Source of the DNA: Camelus dromedarius
Taxonomy: Eukaryota
Assembly (NCBI RefSeq): GCF_036321535.1
Contig: NC_087437.1
Coordinates: 48,176,001-48,240,000, forward strand
Direction of reading: 5' to 3'
DNA: 64,000 nt
Shown here: positions 1-12,500 of the stretch, piece by piece
Layout of the letters: each line of letters starts with the position of its first letter
How positions within the stretch are numbered: position 1 is the first letter of the stretch
The notes under the pieces: generated by a model
Databases searched by the model: none
Told to the model about the DNA's origin: nothing
Seen by the model: only the letters and a program-made list of their open reading frames with translations
Made by a program: the position numbers and the translations under genes

Positions 1-165
1 TTTTCTAAATAAAGCCAGAAGTCTTAGCAGCTCTGTAAACAAGTTTATTCAGAAAACTCAGTCTCCAAAGGGAGCTTAGCTCACTCTATTCTATCCTGAG
101 AAACCTACAAACCATCTGGGTCTCAATCCATTATGAGAACAATCTGTATTTTGCCCCATGCTTAC

Positions 166-171
166 GTGTTA
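166..171 (-). other. Candidate 6-nt microexon TAACAC
   Basis: Reads CCTAAT..ACTCCTCATTCAG|TAACAC|GTAAGCATG. Frame-preserving, with a GCATG motif overlapping the donor. Confidence 0.3.
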
Positions 172-622
172 CTGAATGAGGAGTATATTAGGTTTTAAGA
201 AGGATTGTCTAATTTCTGTGGCCTGTGGACTGTGCACGAAGAACAAAACAAAAACAAATTTTTAAAAAACACCCTACACTGCCATACATTTTAATACTAA
301 ACTGCAAAGCCAAAATACTAAAATTATTTGATCAAATTTATATTACTGATATTTTAATCCTTTAAATAAATTGTCCAAACCTATGTAAACCAAAAAATCA
401 TATATATATAGGCCTTTATTATTTCAAAAACTTAATAAAAATAAAAACTTTTCATATCTAAAAGTTCCCAAGGCCTCAGATCTTTTATTCAAGTTCAATT
501 ATGGTACAATTGTTTTTCAGTTTGGAAGATATTTCTACATATTTTATATTAAAATATCATGAATTTAACCTAAAAGTTTCCCAAGAAGAACAAACGGCAA
601 ATAAATAATAATTACATATTAC

Positions 623-662
623 CTAACGCTCCTTAACAGACTACTTTGGCTCCCTTTGGTCA
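623..662 (-). CDS. Candidate 40-nt exon encoding (M/V)TKGSQSSLLRSV(R/S)
   Basis: Acceptor TTTTAATATTATCATTTTAG and donor TTAG|GTAATA. Only the phase-1 frame is open, matching the phase of the CpG-island exon. Confidence 0.55.
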
Positions 663-1474
663 CTAAAATGATAATATTAAAAGAGTAATTAAATGTCTTA
701 AAATCCAGTAGAAATCTGTTCTGCAAATAAGTGAAAAGGGTTAACACAATAATGATTTTATTTTTACACAATAATGATTTGAATTTTAAAATGAGGCATG
801 TGAGGTAATTCTCTAGCAAATGCTACTGACCACTGTTTTTATTCCAATCTCTCCCTTGACTGTTTATACAGAAAATCTTATATTTTTTTCTTACACAAGT
901 GATCTGACAATTTTAGTTATAGACAGCTATTTGGAATAGCTTTCCAATTTGGAAGCAATATTATTTGAACAGTTAAGACTTTAGAAAGGTCATCCTAGAA
1001 ATGTATTTTTTTGCTCTTAAACTGCCTAAAAAAACCTTGGCTAGAAAATTAAATCTTGAATAACTTACCAATAAATTTCTATGTCCTCAAACTTAGACCA
1101 TAGAGACCTCTGTTTAGAGACCCCTGCTGCTAGGTGTATAGATGGTCACACTTAATGAAAGCACTTCAGATGACATCTTCACAATTTTATATCCATGATG
1201 GGCAAGCCAAATTCATTTTTAGTTATTAATACAGTTATGGTTACCATTTGGCAAAATTTGGAATTAAGATAGAATGGAGAACCAAACTGCAGATAAAGCT
1301 TTTTGGTCAAGCTAAAGGGAACTATATCTGGTTCATAAAATATTAAAATAATGTCCAGAACAACTGGGTATATTAATATGAATGAAAATATCAGTTCTAC
1401 ACTGGGGCCCAAATACACATCAAACAAAATGAAATGAAAAACTGGTTCTGAACTATCTTAACCTGTTGTTTTTG

Positions 1475-1643
1475 CAGAGGTTCAAAGTCTTGCTACATCA
1501 AAACTACCTGGATTTTTGTTAAAAATGATATCCCTGGGCTCCACCCAAGACACTGAAATCAAATTTCTGGGATAGGGCCCTGAGAGCACTTTCAAAAGCA
1601 CTCCAGGTGGACTTCTTACGTACTCAAGTGTGAACATCACTGA
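1475..1643 (+). mobile_element. MER5-family hAT-Charlie MITE
   Basis: Degenerate match to the MER5 pattern (ACCTGG..TTGTTAAAA..CTGGGCTCCACCC..CCAGGTG..CACTG). Confidence 0.7.
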
Positions 1644-3544
1644 CTTGGACAAAGTAGAATATCTGGTTGAGTTCATCAAATGTTTGATCTGAATCAGTCT
1701 GTAAGAATTTGAATAAAAGAAATGCAAAATACAGACTAGAATTACTTGATACTTAGGTATTTCAGATAAATCAGACTAGTTAACATTTTGCTTAATATTT
1801 TTGCAAATTCAGGACCTAGAATACATTAAAGTAACTTTACGAAAACTGCCGAAGACATTTAAAAATATTTTTAAGTTAAAATTTTAGTTTATGAGTGTTT
1901 TTTCTTATTGTGTTAATGTTTAAGCATAAAACAGTAACTTTTAAAATAATATATATATAGAGGAGGGTGAAATCTTTCTGATTGGAAGAGAAATAATGTG
2001 TTAAAATAGGCATTGAAAATGGTGAAATTATAACGAATTACCCTGCATTAAATTACTTCTTAGAACAGATAGATAAAATTGAACATAACTTATTTTGAGT
2101 CTTAAGACAAATCAAATGAATGGATGAGTCCTAATTTATTCCTACCACAGGTGTGCTTTCCTTTCTTGTCCAAAATTGACATTTTTACGGACGTGATATG
2201 TCACTATGAGACATGAAATATCTAGGCATAAGGGCATCCATCTTACCATGTTTATCTGTAAGAAGCCTCCTGCTATTGTTATTAATTCAAACTTTTTCAA
2301 TACAGCTTCAATCAAGTGACACAAAAATTACCCAGTTTTCCCTTGACATGATCCTCATTAATGGATTCATTGCTCTTAGGTTGTTCTGTGCTTCAACCTT
2401 GAGTAATTAATAAAACCTCTCTGCTTTAATTGCTAATCTTTCCCTTAATGGCAGCTGTGACATTTTTAATTAATTACTTCAGTAACCTTATTCCTATTCA
2501 TATCAAGGTCTTACATTCTCTTCATCATTTCCTTCCTTATTTATTAATTATTTTTGTTACAAGTGCACCTAAACCCAATCTCTGAAGTAGTGAAGACATA
2601 TACAAGGTCAAAAGCATATCCTACACTTGTGGAAGATAGACATATCTATTTTTTTTTCAAAGTATCAAAGTTAGAGGAAGATAGAGTGAGGGCCACTGGA
2701 AAAAATACAGAAAGTAGAAATAAATCTTCAGATCATATTTACTAATGATTTGACTCTTTTGGTGATGTTCTTGGGCCTTTTCATTCAGCTTAACAGCTGA
2801 TTTTTAGAATGGAATGTTTTGATTAATCTGTTTGCATACTTCAGATTAATCATCTAATTGCCAAAGATTAACCTCATTTCATTGTGTATAAACATAGTGT
2901 TGATGGGTAAGTGATAATTTTACTCATCATTGCTATTTTCAATTGCTTAAGGAAATTTCCAGTTTTTAAATAATTTATTATTCACATTCATCAAAATTTA
3001 ACCTTTATATGTTATGCTCTCTTCTCCATTTCTTGGTCATAAGAATTGAGATAGTCTGCAGATAGTATTTCTTTATGGATTCATTTACTAAACAAATAAT
3101 GAGCAATTACAATGGGTAGCTGTAGGGGGTTGTGTCCGGATCATATTCCTCAACTTTTCTATCTTTGAATTTTTGGTTCTGTCTTCTTATATGTTCTCAT
3201 AAAGCAAAACAGCTTAGTTAATTGTTTTTTTTCCTCAATGCTTAATTAATGGAGTCTATGCCTACATTTTACCATTTATTTACTTAGATTATATTTATCT
3301 TTACCCCCAAAAGGATTTGAAACAGTTTCACAAAATTAAGCAATCTTAATTTTTAATTAATCTTAAACAATAATTTAAAAAATAAAACCAGAGGAAAGCC
3401 AGTTAAAAGGATCAGGGAAGTACAAGATTGTAGGAACCAGCATGAGTTCTTTAGTATAAGTTCTCACTAGATTTAGATCTGATCTCCTAAAATGGGAGAA
3501 AACATTGGATTTTATAATCTTTACTGTCCTTTTGAAGCTAAGGA

Positions 3545-4265
3545 GATCATGTCTTTCTGCTCAAACTGTGTTGGTAGTTTTTTAAAAAATCATATTCAGA
3601 ATAAAATTCAAAGTCCTTAACGTCTAGACTTGCACTGTTTAATATAGTAGCTCATCACTCATATCTACGTACATTTTAATCAATTAAAATTAAATAAAAT
3701 GAAAAATTCAGTTTCTCAGTTACAGTTGCCATATTTCAAATGCTCAACAGCCACATGTGGTCAGTGGCTACTGTTTTGGGCAGTACAATACATGAAAAAT
3801 TTTCATCATGGTAGTAAGTTCTGTTGGGCAGAACTAATCTAGAAGTCTCTGCATGATCTGGCCTTTGCCTGCCTCTGGTACTTTACCCTTTACTTCTTTT
3901 CACTTCCCTACTCAGCTCTAGCAACAACTGGCCCCTTGCTATACTCAGACATTCCAAACTGGTCCTGCCTCAGGGCCCTCCCACTTGCTATTCCATCCAC
4001 CTGAAACACTGTTCCTTCAGATATTCACATCTCACTTTAGGTGTCTGCTCAAGACACCTCCTTGGAGAGCGCTGATCCTAGTATCAACCACATCATTCTT
4101 TATGCTCTTATCCTGCCTTATTTTTCTTTTCAGCACTTGCCACTGCATTATATAATTTAGTCTTTTCCTCCCTGACTCCCTCACTAGATTACAATTTCTA
4201 TGAAAGCAGGGTCTTTGTTTAGTTCACTTCTATATGCCCAGCCTACTTCTACATGCTGGGTAAAT
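3545..4265 (+). mobile_element. L2 LINE 3' fragment, interrupted by MER3
   Basis: L2 3' motifs such as CCTGCCTCAGGGCCC..CACTTGCT and CTAGATT..TATGAAAGCAGGG. Confidence 0.75.
3630..3836 (-). mobile_element. MER3 hAT-Charlie MITE
   Basis: Contains AATTAAAATTAAATAAAATGAAAAATTCAG..CAGCCACATGTGG..GTGGCTAC. Flanked on both sides by the Charlie target NTCTAGAN (GTCTAGAC and ATCTAGAA). Confidence 0.85.
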
Positions 4266-4277
4266 GGTTTTTTACTC

Positions 4278-4487
4278 CAGTGGTTCTCCACAGGGGATGA
4301 TTTTGCCCCCAGGGGATATTTGGTAACATCTAGAGATAGTTTTGTCAGAACTGGGAGGGTGCTACTGGCATCTAGTGGGTGGATGGGAGGGATGCTGCTA
4401 AACACCCTACAATGCACAGGGCAGCCCCCACAATGCAGAATCATGGAGCCTGAAATGTTAATAGTATTGATGCTGAGAGACTTGTGT
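4278..4487 (+). mobile_element. MER20 hAT-Charlie element
   Basis: CAGTGGTTCTC..GATTTTGCCCCCAGGGGA..TGCTACTGGCATCTAGTGGGT..GATGCTGCTAAACACCCTACAATGCACAGG. Confidence 0.9.
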
Positions 4488-4884
4488 TGACTCTATTAAT
4501 TGTCCACTGAGAAAATATAACAATTAGTCTGGAGGAGCAAAACTGAATTATAGGGGTAGTTTATCAAATGGCTCAGCAACTGATGTTTTCTCCTAGTTCA
4601 CATACATTTAAGGCAAATGAAATTAAAACACGTCTAAAACTGACATTCTTCAGCTAGCGTCTTCTTTCTCATCTGGTACCAATCTTATACTTTTATCTGA
4701 ATAAAAATGTCATGTCATTCATCTTTGCCATATCTCATTGTCCCAAAGGTCTCTTCCTGTATACATTTTGCGGCACTAACAATTCTCAATTTTCTGTGAT
4801 TCACTGAAGTATTAAAAAATCTCTCCTTTAACATTACTCCTTTTTAATCTCCCTTATGAAATAGGTTAAATAATAACAGAGAAT

Positions 4885-4990
4885 TGGCAAGGAGTAGTGG
4901 AAAGGGTGCTGGTCAATAGGACACCTGAGTTCAGTAGAGGGTCCTCCACTGATTAGGTCACGTGGCCTTGAGGAAGACATGCCATTTAAA
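4885..4990 (+). mobile_element. MIR fragment
   Basis: Degenerate MIR 5' half (GTAGTGGAAAG..CCTGAGTTC..CCACT..TGGCCTTG). Confidence 0.5.
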
Positions 4991-5738
4991 TAACGTGCAA
5001 AAGTGACAGCACCTCACACAGGCCTGAACACAGGGGAAGACTGCATCCATCCACATTTTCCCTTCCCTCCTGTTAATACTCCGTGAACTACATGAGACTA
5101 ATACACCTTGAAAAACTTCCTTGGTGGTCTCCACCTAAAACAACGTGAGCTGTCAATTACAGTGTATTATTGAAATCCAAATCATGATGATTCTAAATAT
5201 TACCTGGGAAAGGAAACTTCAAAAGCAGAGTTGGATTAGGAGTTCCTTTATATCTTTTTGTTGCTGAGAGAAAAGCTTTTAAGCATTAATGGTGATTTAG
5301 CTATTCAAAGCAGGTGGCTTCATTATCTTAAAATGTGTCAAATTATACTAATTACCAAAAAGGGCAGTGTAAGCTATATTGTAAGAAAACCGTAGCATCC
5401 TCTCCTGAAAAGATGACTGGGGAAATGCATGGGATTTATGGTTCTAAGATACTTAATATTTCAGAAGTTGCCAAGCATTTTGATAATGTGACCTTCTCCT
5501 TTCCATCTTTTGCCATTATAGAAAATTATAAAGAGCTCTGTTTAGTAGGTCTTTGTGATAATTTGCTTAAGTGACTTTAAAGGAAGCAGGATACTTGATT
5601 TTGAATGCAAATAAGATCTGGTTTGCTAATGCAGTCTTTTACTTCTCAAGACTGAACTGTAAATTTCAATTCCTGAGTTATCCCTCGCTAGCTCTTCCGT
5701 CCAGTCCTTCCTCCCCTTGTCTTTTTTCCTTTTCAAAG

Positions 5739-5837
5739 AAATGAAAACAGACCTCATTTAAATGGTGATTTTTTAAACTCCAGAAGACTGGAAAGAGTAA
5801 GAGTTTTTCAAAGACAGAAAGCAACCACGCGCCGAAG
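5739..5837 (+). other. Candidate 99-nt plus-strand exon, antisense to the main gene
   Basis: Pyrimidine tract CTTGTCTTTTTTCCTTTTCAAAG and donor GAAG|GTAAGA. Confidence 0.3.
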
Positions 5838-6401
5838 GTAAGAATGAGGATGAGCACAGCTTCTTAGCACTGTCTGCCTGAGAAGAAACCATAAAATTCA
5901 ATATCGAACGTGGCAGCTGGAATCCATATAGAAAGAAAACAATCTTGTCCCCTTAATTTTATTTTCTCCTTTTATCATCTCATGGCAATTTGCCTAGTGG
6001 AAGAGACTCATGGAGCCTAAAATAACTTAATCCTTAAATGGCTTTATATCCATCACCTTCATGGTAATCTCATTTGTCCCAGGTTTGGTAAATAGCCCCT
6101 CACAGGGTAGTGATATGATCTGTAATTAGACTTCTAAAAACTACTCTGAGATGAGTAAAGAAGAAAAGGATTCCCAATTTAATTTATTTGTAAATGTTAC
6201 GATCATAGGTAGATATTTTGCCTTATCGGTATTTTAATGCTAACATCAACTGCGATCCATTTAAGGTTACCCGAACACTAGCACAAAACAATATGCAATT
6301 AAGTAGAGTACTTTTGTACAATCTTTTTATGAGAAAGAGGCAAATAACCCCTTACCCCACCATCTCTACCATAACAAACTGATAATAGAGATTTTATTAT
6401 A

Positions 6402-6429
6402 AATGAATGAATGAATGAATGAATGAATG
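6402..6429. repeat. (AATG)n simple repeat
   Basis: Directly visible. Confidence 0.9.
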
Positions 6430-7669
6430 GAAAGCAACAACCCCAAACTGGTAGGTTTTGTTTTGGAGTCAGTGCCATTTAAGCCCAGTATCTTCTTTAG
6501 AAGAATTATATGATTACAGTACTCAGCAAGGAGAATTGATTTATAAAATGTTGACCCTGGTTCAGGTACTACAAAAACAGGGCTGAATTTTGTTTAAGTT
6601 TATGTTTAATATGCTTTATTTAAAAAGGTGAGTACAAACAAATAAATTAAATTAAATTAAAAGGTGAGGACATAAAGAGAGTTTAACAGTGTTCATAAAG
6701 TGAGGACAAAAGAGTTCAACTACAAGGAGGAAATAGAAAGGTTAATGATCCTCATTTTATGGGATATGTATATACTGTGAGAGAATGATAAATTCTAGTA
6801 CATGGGATATATATCATACATGGGAAGAATATTTTAGATTACCTATGGTAATACTTTTAAAATGTTTTTATTTTAAAGATATCCTGACTTTACATTATCA
6901 AATTATCCTTTGAGATGCAGAGTTAACTTTAAAATGTATCTCTCTGTATCACAATGAAAAAATCAGGCATTCATTCATCAGACCTAAGAATAGAATTCTT
7001 TTCACAATTAAGGATTACTAAGGATATTTCTTTTTTAATTATTTAGCAATCTTCAGTAAGAAACTGCAAATGGTTCTCAACTGAGCTTTCTGTAGTTTTC
7101 ATAGCCGTACTTTTTTCTAGATTGTTTTCCTTTTAGGAAAAATGATGAGTTTTGTTCCTTTGAGTAAGTTAGTAGTTATTGTTATATAATTAAATATGTA
7201 AGAATGACTTTAGACAAATACGAAACTATAAATGCTTGGTTTTTTAATAAAGAAAATGCACAACAGTGTATTGTCCATGATACATTTAGTCATGTTCAAG
7301 CATTAAATGCAACACATATGAGTGTAAGTTTCTGTATGCACGCACGTGTGTGTTTAAAATTCACAGTAGTTTCATTTTTCTCACCTTGAGATTAGGTCTC
7401 AGTAACTCAAAATGATGGCAAAGAACATTTTTTGGATAACATAACTTAATCCTTAAAAATATGTAAGTTTAAGTTTTACTATCCTTAAAATTTTTACTTT
7501 TATTATAAAATTCCTTAAAATCATGTCTTAATTTTTAATTTATCATTTTTATACTCGTTTTCCATAATTTTTGGATCATTTGCTAAGACCATTTATCTTG
7601 ACTCTATCTGGTGTCTTCTACCATAACTTGGAACTACAAAGTAATCCTTCAGAAGTTCATTTCCAGTTA

Positions 7670-7760
7670 AGTTCATTAATGTATATGACAAGCTCAGTAG
7701 AATGCCTGGCATATAGTAAGCATCCTGTAAATGTTGGCTATTTTGATTATTATTCATACA
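7670..7760 (+). mobile_element. MIR 3' fragment
   Basis: AGAATGCCTGGCATATAGTAAGCA..TAAATGTTGGCTATT. Confidence 0.7.
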
Positions 7761-8520
7761 ACAGGAATGAAATATAATTAGTATTTCATAGTATCCTGAG
7801 GATACTCATCTCCGCTTACAGAAAGAATAGTCCAGGAAAAATGACTAAAAATTAATAATTATCATATTATGGATGATTTTGTATTTCTTTATCATCCAAA
7901 TTTTCTACAATGAGCATATACGACTTTATGGTCAGAAAAAGAAATCAAATCTTAGTTTAGTAATTGCCTCTTAAGTTTTACTGAACTTCTCCAGCACGTC
8001 TGTCTATCATATTCCACTGTGAGCTGCCAGAACTGCCAGCGTGCACTGACGGCACTGAGAAGTCTTAGCATCGTTGGATGGGCAACGTGATAACCTGTCC
8101 AAGCTTATGCCCTTGAAGAGTCTGAGAGCAGAATGAAAATGAATGAAATTCGTTTTATGTTTCCTGTGACATGTCAGCAGGCCTCTCTTAGGAAACTGTT
8201 AGTTGAGAAAGGAACCATCCTTCTGATTCTGTGCTTCAATTAAGGGGCAGTGTACAATGTACGTGACTTTAGTGCCCAGGATGGGCAAAGAAAGGAGACT
8301 CAAATTACAGGCATGCAGAGCTACTACTTTAATTAAAACTTTAAAAGCAAACTAAGAGGTTATAGTTTCCAGCAAGCATGTCAGAAATTTAAATCTGGAG
8401 ACTTGTCAAAAACAAAAACAACAAAAACCACAGAAAGTAGTCTGGCTAAACTCTTAAGTAATATAAGGATAGTCTTAAAAATGTGTAGTAAAAAATATGC
8501 TCTATCTTATAGGTACTTAC

Positions 8521-8564
8521 TGAAAAAATAAGGCAAATCTCTTTCCACTAAATTCGTTTTTCTT
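8521..8564 (-). other. Candidate 44-nt internal exon, likely 5'UTR or alternative
   Basis: Strong acceptor TCTTTTTCTCCCCCTCGCAG and donor TTCA|GTAAGT, in non-repeat sequence. Confidence 0.6.
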
Positions 8565-9379
8565 CTGCGAGGGGGAGAAAAAGACCCCAGCACCCAGAAA
8601 CCATTTGGGGCTATTATGGTGATTTTGCTGCTGCAGTTGCAGCTATTTCACCGAAAACTCTCATTTCGTCCTTGCACTGTAGTTACCATAAGATGCTGGC
8701 TACATGTAAACACTGGTGTATTCTTTCCATTATTTAAAACCACTTTACAGCATCAACAATAGAGTATAAACATGAATACGGCATATCCCTTTCAAGTAAG
8801 GGATCTGAGGGGTGAACACAAATAACAATAACCCACTTATAAAAGTGCTGTGAGAAAGGAACAGGGGAAGGACTGTGGGGATTCCAGGCAGAAAGAGCTC
8901 TGTTTTCTCCCTTCGCAAAGCCTTGGAGAAATGCTGTGCTGAAAGACAAGTTGGCTCTGTTACCCCCTTGAGGACAGGACCATACCTTGTCCATCTTTGC
9001 ATCCTCTGTGGCTAACCCTCTAGTAAATGCTTAAAAATGTTTGTTTGATAATATTGTGCAACAAGAGGGTGGACTCTGGAGCCAGATTTTCTGGGCTCAA
9101 AATCCCATCTTCGCCAAGTTAGAGAATGAGCTACTGGAATTTAATTATGATTTACAGAAAATGTGTTTTCTCCAAAATAAGGGTTTTGTTTTTGTTTTCG
9201 TTTTTAAATTCTGATGTAAATTTATATACTATATGTTCTCAGTATAGCAGAAGAAGAAGAGGAAGCTCCATTCAGGGAACAGGCATCCGTAACTGTCTCA
9301 TACAATGAGATGTTACTTCAAGTGATCATCATCCTGTATTATTAAAATCCCAAACAAAGCAACAACCCTGATGTCTTGT

Positions 9380-9550
9380 ATTGAACTAGAATTTCAGAGT
9401 GAGAGGGGCCCTCCATTCTGTATGTTAATCTCCTCAACATCCAGGTGAGGAAACCAAATTGTAGAGAGGACTCGAGTTAGAAGAATCGAAAGCAATGATA
9501 TGAGAGATTTGAAACAAATGGTCTGAACTTTTGATGCAGAGTAGGCACTT
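9380..9550 (-). mobile_element. MIR fragment
   Basis: CAGGTGAGGAAACC..AGAGAGG..GATTTGAAACAAATGGTCTGAACT. Confidence 0.55.
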
Positions 9551-12500
9551 AATCAGTGTATAATAAATAAATAAATAAAAGAGTAAATGAGGAATGAATA
9601 ATCAACATGTGAAATTACAGAAAATTTAATGGAACTATTTGGGCTTAAGTTTATAGAGACAGAAAAATAATGGCTAACTGATTTAGACAACAGATGGGCA
9701 TGAGTAAATTGAGGAAAAAACATATCTTTCTGTAAAAAGCAAGAAGTAAAATGCTGTAATGCCATCACCACCAACAGCATGAAATATTCTATCTTTTTGT
9801 CCTCAAATCTATCCTTCATTTTATTCTAGGATCTCAATCTCATCCTCAGGAAAATGTGGCAGGTCATATCACAGAGAGGAATGACTTGAATCGATCGTTA
9901 GATCATAGCATTCAAAGTTTTATATAAATCCTTACTGCTATTTCTAACGTGTAAGTTAACTTCCTATTTACTAGATGTCAGCTCAGTGCTATGAAATATT
10001 CTTTTGATATCTATATCCATTTCTCTCAACATGTGAATGTTCATGATCCTGCCTAAGGGATTTCTAAGTTAAACCAGATGAGACTTACAAGGTGCTAACA
10101 CGGAACTCCTATCCCCAAGCGACCTTTAATTTGGTTGTTTAATTTGTCCTTGAGTAAATCTGGTTAGGTTATCTGTCTGGGGATGAACAGGATTGAAATG
10201 ATTGCTGATTTCTCAAAAGAAGCAGATGTAACCACCAGAGCAGCCGGAACCAGGGTTAGTTCTGGAAGTACTGTGCTCTCAGTACACGCCTGGCCTTGCC
10301 ATTGACCTCCAAGGTGAAGGATGCTGAACTATCAGCAACTCAGAGGATTCCTGATGGATTCTTCTTTTTTAATCACTTTTAGGATGTAAACACTATATTT
10401 AGTTGCAAAGTATTATTTTTAAATGTTGGTATTTATTATTTCAGTTAATTTATTTGCATCAGTGTCTGAACATTTTTTATAGATATAAGTAATTTTGCAT
10501 TTATCATCTGGGTTTGCTCTGTTAATCAATACACTTAAATCGATGGGGATTCTGAAGAATAGAGCATTACTGATTCATGAAGAAAAATATTTAACTGAAA
10601 ATTTTATTACTAAAATTGTTAGTGTAAAAAGAATGTTTATTAACATATTATATTTGTGTATGAAGTTATTTTTCCACAATGAAATTTTATACTGGGTTAA
10701 CTTCTATAAAAGATTCTCCCCAGGGGGTAAATTGCTGTGTCACGATAAAAGGAAAAAAGATTTGTTTACAGATTTGAGACTAGTTTTTTGGTATGAAGGA
10801 AATCAGGAGAACCACTATGCCACTGTATTTTTGACTTATGAATAGCTTGAATTGGCAGTTAACCAAACTTAAATGTTTACCTATCCCCAGACAGAAATAT
10901 CTCTAATAATTTCCTCTCTGCTGCGTTGGGAAAGGGACACTTTTCCTCACATAACATCTAGGCTATGAAATAACCCTGAAAAAAAGAATACATAGATTAC
11001 TAATTCAAGCCCCAGGATGCCTTCACAGATTTCTCTCCCTTTATATGTTTCTAAAATATGTTTTAAAGCTGCGGTCAGTAAAAAGATAACCTTTTCAGCA
11101 GAGAAAAAATTTTAAACTTTTATATTTGATTGGGGACTATTTTTTGATACTTAATTCAAAACACTGTCTATATGGCCTCAACTGAGGGTGCTACTCTATA
11201 AGTCACGTGCAACAGAGCCATAATTTTAAATCCTTATTTTCCATATACTTCACATTGAATTATATTGCCTTGTGAAACTTCTTGAATTATTTCTTATTTT
11301 ATTTAAATCTTATCTTGCTGTGTAAGTTTCTTGTGTCTTTTCAGATAAATTAAAAATTCCCTAAAAGGAGTGATTGTCATAAAGCTTCACTTCTATAAAA
11401 AGAGCTGCTCAAAAATATTTGATAATGGATGAATGAGCTTATACTTTTATCAACAGGAGCTGGATACACACCTTTCAAAAAAGATTTAGTTTCAGAGAAA
11501 GGGATCAGATTTCAAAATAAAGAAAAAGTAAGATGAAGAAGGAAGACGCAAGGTGGGTGGATATCAGATATGCTGAAGAGATCTATTTCTTATTCTGCTG
11601 TGTTTCTCAGATTTTATTTTAGCACCCACAGTTTGGAAATCAGATAAGCTTTCCTGGGAGTGTGGCCAGAAAATAAATTGGATTTCAGTGATTTACATTT
11701 ATTATGGTTGTATAGTGTGTCAGGCACTGTATGGAACATAGATATTACATGACACTGTCCTTTCCCTTCAAAGGCTGTGTTCTGATTCACACCTATATAA
11801 CATATATACCTTCTGTGAATACAAAACAAAACATATGTAGTAATTGCCGCCATGATTAGTTTTATACTCACAATTTCCCATCATTTGATAATTCTCTGTT
11901 AACAAATTGTTGAATGGGCTGGAATTGTTTTGGCCAGTGTGTAGTTCATGCAAGCGTATTCTAAAGGAAACAACATTGACTATAGTAGTGAGAGGCCAGT
12001 CCGGCTTTACCACTAATCAGCTGTAACTGACAGTTACCAGACAATTACTGCCAAGTAACTAACAATCTGTTAGTAATTATCAGCTGACCTTCTGACTTGA
12101 CAACAGTGCCATGAACACAAGCCATGATATAAATCAGAACACAATTTTTTAAAAAATTTAAGTGAAAAGTTCTGGTTAAAGACAATGCAAACATTGGTGA
12201 CTGTGAAACTCTTTCTAAACCTGCCTTTTGCTTGGTCTGTTTTCAGGGAGGAGAAGGGCTTCTGTTGGCCTGGACAACTGTTCAGTTTTTCTTTGTGACA
12301 GGAGACTGGCTGCTGCTCTGAACAGCAGCACACCAATTCACAGAAGGCTCGCAGTACAGTATTTAGACTGTTCCCAACAAGCCTGTCATCCATGCCTGCC
12401 TGTCCTGGCTGGTGACATCCAGTTGCTATGCTTCTCAAAGGGCTCCCCCTGCCTCTAGAATGGCTCTTGGAAATTGTTGCAGATTCAGTTTGTTCAAGCA

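Noticed and set aside
4184..4490. 86- and 96-aa ORFs
   Set aside because: They lie over MER20 and L2 sequence.
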